From contig JBDKUT010000129.1 in the NCBI GenBank assembly GCA_039679545.1, positions 1-10,094 of the forward strand: DNA of 10,094 bases, written 5' to 3'. A program made the translations under genes and the position numbers. Under the pieces are notes generated by a model, which was given only the letters and a program-made list of their open reading frames with translations, was not told the origin of the DNA and ran no database searches. Origin of the DNA: Thermotogota bacterium. GTDB taxonomy: Bacteria; Bipolaricaulota; Bipolaricaulia; UBA7950; UBA9294. Below, in pieces: positions 7,373-10,094 of this stretch. Each line of letters opens with the position of its first letter. Position 1 is the stretch's first letter.

Positions 7373-8065
7373 ATGAAACGACTCTTGTTGGTGGCGGTCA
7401 TTCTGGCGGCGGTGGCGGTCGTCGTCATCATTGCGGTCAGGGCTTTGCGTCATGACTCCGGCGACCTGTCGGTGAATCAGAAGGCGGCTCCGGCGATCGT
7501 GATCGTGGACCCGGCGCACGGGGGAAGCGATGCCGGGTCGAAGGGCGACAGCGTCGTCGAGAAGGACGTGACGCTCGCGATTGCGAACAAGATGAGCGCG
7601 CTCGCGGGTGAGTTCGCAGGGCTGAAGGTCGTGCTGACGCGGAGTTCGGACACGGACGTCACGGCGTCGAACCGAATCGGCGCCGCAGCGAAAGAGGGCG
7701 CGAGCCTCTACGTGTCGATTCACGCGAACGCATTCGACAGCCCGACGGCGGTCGGGATCGAGACGATTGTCGATGCCGGACACGCCTCGGGGGATTCCGC
7801 TTGGTCGCTGGCCCTCGCAGTCGAGAAGGCGACGGTGAAATCGACGTCGGCGAAGGAACGCGGAGTTCGCGCGCAGGGGACTGCGTTCACGGGCCTCACG
7901 ATCCCGGCGGCGGCGGTCTACGTCGGGTTCATCACAGCGCCCGAGGAACGGGCGAAGTTGGTCACCTCGGCCTATCAGGAGCTCGTCGCGCGGGGGATCC
8001 TCCAGGGCATCTCCGACTACCTCGCGGCGGGAAGCGCAACTCCGGGGGCGAACGTCTCGCCGTAG
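7373..8065 (+). CDS. N-acetylmuramoyl-L-alanine amidase (Amidase_3) homologue, N-terminally anchored; catalytic Glu replaced by Tyr
   Basis: IVDPAHGG, VEKDVTL, VVLTR..D, YVSIHANA, G.ET, RGVR, PAAAVYVGFIT..EE. Hydrophobic N-terminus LLLVAVILAAVAVVVIIAV. Confidence 0.9.
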   Translation: MKRLLLVAVILAAVAVVVIIAVRALRHDSGDLSVNQKAAPAIVIVDPAHGGSDAGSKGDSVVEKDVTLAIANKMSALAGEFAGLKVVLTRSSDTDVTASNRIGAAAKEGASLYVSIHANAFDSPTAVGIETIVDAGHASGDSAWSLALAVEKATVKSTSAKERGVRAQGTAFTGLTIPAAAVYVGFITAPEERAKLVTSAYQELVARGILQGISDYLAAGSATPGANVSP

Positions 8066-8131
8066 GGGAGAAACGAAGGGCTTCCTCGGCGGGACGAGGA
8101 AGTGGGAACGGCACCGCCGCCAAGACGAAGG

Positions 8132-8184
8132 GATCCTGCCGCGCCGACCGCACCACGGTCGCGCGGCAGGATCATGTTTGTTCT
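8132..8184 (+). terminator. Long GC-rich hairpin with imperfect U-tract after the amidase gene
   Basis: GATCCTGCCGCG(C)CGACCG-CACCA-CGGTCGCGCGGCAGGATC (18-bp stem, one bulge), followed by ATGTTTGTTCT. A second 8-bp hairpin lies at 8081-8102. Confidence 0.6.
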
Positions 8185-8251
8185 CACGCAGGCGGCCGCC
8201 CAAGTCCGTATGATGAGGCGAGCGACTCGCTCGAAAGGCGGGGACGGACGG

Positions 8252-9355
8252 ATGAACCACCACGAGCGACGACGCGCACAGCTTCTGGAGAAGACGGGTG
8301 TTGACGCATACCTTGTCTTCTCCCTCGACCGCACCATGCCCGCGGGAATGGACCTTGTCGGCCTGCGCTACCTCACGGGGTACACGGGGGAGGGCGCGCT
8401 CCTCGTCTCCGCGAAGGAAACGGCGCTCGTCACGGACTCGCGCTACCTTGAGCAGGCGAAGACCGAGGTCCCCGACGTCGAGCTCGTGCACGCCGAGGGG
8501 GACTACTTGGACGATCTCGCGGGTCTCCTTCGCCGACGAAAGATCGGACGGATCGGGTACTCCGCGTGGCGGACGACGGAGCACGTGATCTCCGAACTCC
8601 GGCGCCGAACCCGGGTCGAATGGATCGCGCACGAAGATCCCGTGAGTGAGCTGCGCGCCGAGAAGGACGCTGAGGAGCTTGCGGTATTGCGTCGAGCCGT
8701 TGACATCGCGGAGCGGGCGCTCGGCGAACTCCTCCCGGGGGTGCGGCCCGGCGTGGGCGAGGTAGATCTGGCGTCCGAGCTCACGGCACGGATGCAGGCT
8801 CTCGGCGCCGACGCCGTACTTGAACTCACCGTCGCTTCGGGGCCCAACAGCGCCCTTCCGCACTACGTCCCTGCGTTGGGGAAAAGGATCCTCCGTGAGG
8901 GCGACCTCCTGCTCATCGACTTCGGCGCCGTCGTCAACGGGTACGTCTCCGACATGACTCGCACGTTCGCCGTCGGGCGGGCGTCGGAGAAGCAGCGAGA
9001 CATCTACGCATACGTCGACCGCGCGGTCGACGCCGGACTGGCGGCATTGCGGGCCGACGTTCCGGGGCGCGACGTTCATGCCGCGGCAAGCCGGGTCATC
9101 GAGCAGTCGCCGTACGCGGAGTACGTCTTCCTGTCTCCCGTCGGCCACGGCGTCGGGCTTGAGGTTCACGAGCAACCGAAGATGGGCCCGCAGATGAGTG
9201 CTGGTGTCCCGCGCGGGGCCGTCGTTACGATGGAGCCGGGGATCTACATTCCGGGGTACGGCGGCGTGCGGATCGAGGACACGGCGGTCGTGACGGAGGC
9301 CGGAAACGAAGTCCTGAACAATCTTTCACGATCGCACCTCGTCGAGCTTTTGTGA
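8252..9355 (+). CDS. Xaa-Pro peptidase / aminopeptidase P family (M24B)
   Basis: Creatinase-like N-domain (LRYLTGYTG, TDSRYLEQA). Metal ligands lie in IDFGA..GYVSDMTRT, GHGVGLEVHE, TMEPGIY and GVRIED; SALPH is also present. ATG 8252 gives a typical ~367 aa protein. Confidence 0.93.
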   Translation: MNHHERRRAQLLEKTGVDAYLVFSLDRTMPAGMDLVGLRYLTGYTGEGALLVSAKETALVTDSRYLEQAKTEVPDVELVHAEGDYLDDLAGLLRRRKIGRIGYSAWRTTEHVISELRRRTRVEWIAHEDPVSELRAEKDAEELAVLRRAVDIAERALGELLPGVRPGVGEVDLASELTARMQALGADAVLELTVASGPNSALPHYVPALGKRILREGDLLLIDFGAVVNGYVSDMTRTFAVGRASEKQRDIYAYVDRAVDAGLAALRADVPGRDVHAAASRVIEQSPYAEYVFLSPVGHGVGLEVHEQPKMGPQMSAGVPRGAVVTMEPGIYIPGYGGVRIEDTAVVTEAGNEVLNNLSRSHLVELL

Positions 9356-9494
9356 GGCATCCGGTCCTTCGCGAGCGCGTTTCCCCAGCAGGCGCACGAC
9401 GTGCACGGTCAACACACCCGTGACCGCGAGCGTTCACACGCTGCTCACGGATGGGGTCTAGGCTTGTGAAGTCCGAGAAGGACTGCACACCGCC

Positions 9495-9549
9495 AACAGA
9501 CGAGGGGTCCGGGTGGTTCACGACGCGCCCGGGCCCCTTCGTTGTTCTT
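9495..9549 (+). terminator. Strong hairpin with U-rich tail (intrinsic terminator)
   Basis: AACAGACGAGGGGTCCGGGTG...CGCCCGGGCCCCTTCGTTGTT pairs over about 20 bp with G-U wobbles and small bulges, and ends in TTCGTTGTTCTT. Confidence 0.6.
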
Positions 9550-9553
9550 GGAG

Positions 9554-9718
9554 AAACCGGCGCGGCCTGCAGCGAGGGGAGTTCCTCCACGAGGCCGGAG
9601 CCGGCCCTACGACGAGGGTACGCCGTCTACGAGGCCGGAGCCAGCCTACGACGAGGGTACGTCGTCTACGAGGCCGGAGCCGGCCTACGATGAGGGTACG
9701 TCGCCTACGAGGCCGGAG
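9554..9718. repeat. Tandem 39-bp palindromic repeat (3 full copies, 1 partial, 1 degenerate)
   Basis: Units 9589-9628 (40 nt), 9629-9667 and 9668-9706; partial 9707-9718; degenerate ~9554-9588. Consensus ACGAGGCCGGAGCCGGCCTACGACGAGGGTACGTCGTCT. Confidence 0.92.
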
Positions 9719-9964
9719 AGTCGCCGATTGGCCTCGAGGAACGATCTCGGGCGGCCTGGCTCGAAGCGCATTGCGTCGCGCGTCGTCCTCTCGACCCGGG
9801 CGTGGGAGGTGAAGTCGGATCCGGCGTCCGTCCCGGCGGATCGCCCGCAGATCGGCACGTGAGACCAGCTCGGAACTGCGCCATGGAGTCGACTTCTCCA
9901 TCGACCCATACGGTAGTCATTCCAGCGAATGAATGTCTGGGCGACAAGCCCTTCGCCAACGAGA

Positions 9965-10094
9965 TCACGCCGGCGGCATCGAGGAAGTCGGATCCTGCTG
10001 ATAGAAACGCTCGAGCTCCTCGTAGAGCTTCGGGTGGGTCTCCCGGAGTTGGCGGGGACGTTGGAAGAAACACTCGGTGACGACGGCGAAGAAC
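9965..10094 (-). CDS. C-terminus of MtfA / peptidase M90 family zinc metallopeptidase (start outside window)
   Basis: The minus strand from 10093 reads FFAVVTECFFQRPRQLRETHPKLYEELERFYQQDPTSSMPPA*, matching the family tail EFFAV..E.FFE.P..L...HP.LY..L..FY.QDP. Stop TGA at 9967-9965. Confidence 0.85.
   Translation of the reverse strand, partial: FFAVVTECFFQRPRQLRETHPKLYEELERFYQQDPTSSMPPA

Noticed and set aside
7177..8100. 12-bp direct repeat GCGGGACGAGGA flanking the amidase gene (7177-7188, 8089-8100)
   Set aside because: It is short and GC-rich, with no mobility gene or compositional shift.
7265..9175. 636-aa minus-strand ORF, and similar long ORFs 6149..7207, 5740..6537 and 4145..4843
   Set aside because: These are antisense shadows of well-supported plus-strand genes, common in high-GC DNA.
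9589..9718. CRISPR array
   Set aside because: Units are contiguous and near-identical with no unique spacers, and there are no cas genes in the window.
9451..10080. Track ORFs crossing the repeat or overlapping mtfA (9451..9693, 9513..9812, 9518..9901, 9542..9862, 9705..10073, 9802..10080)
   Set aside because: They are low-complexity products of the repeat, whose 40-nt unit shifts the repeat phase, or they overlap the real mtfA frame.

Overview
High-GC bacterial window in two parts. The left ~2.4 kb has lower GC by eye (about 50-65% in sampled 60-mers, versus about 70% in sampled lines further right) and looks accessory. It holds a minus-strand gene missing from the ORF track that runs off the window edge and carries a HEPN-type RxxxxH motif, an upstream ~4-TM membrane protein, and a divergent, strongly remodelled SIS-fold PGI/PMI-like protein. 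The rest looks like core genome: a membrane-anchored hypothetical protein, a tandem glutaredoxin-like/CcdA-DsbD fusion, a MarR + ABC-2 (DrrAB-like) efflux operon, an Amidase_3 homologue with the catalytic Glu replaced by Tyr, an M24B Xaa-Pro peptidase, and the 3' end of a convergent MtfA/M90 peptidase (also missing from the track). The last intergenic region holds a candidate ~75-nt sRNA behind PHO-box-like repeats, and a 39-bp tandem array of alternating GTAG-capped hairpins (REP-like, not CRISPR). All family calls are by motif recognition only; no searches were run.
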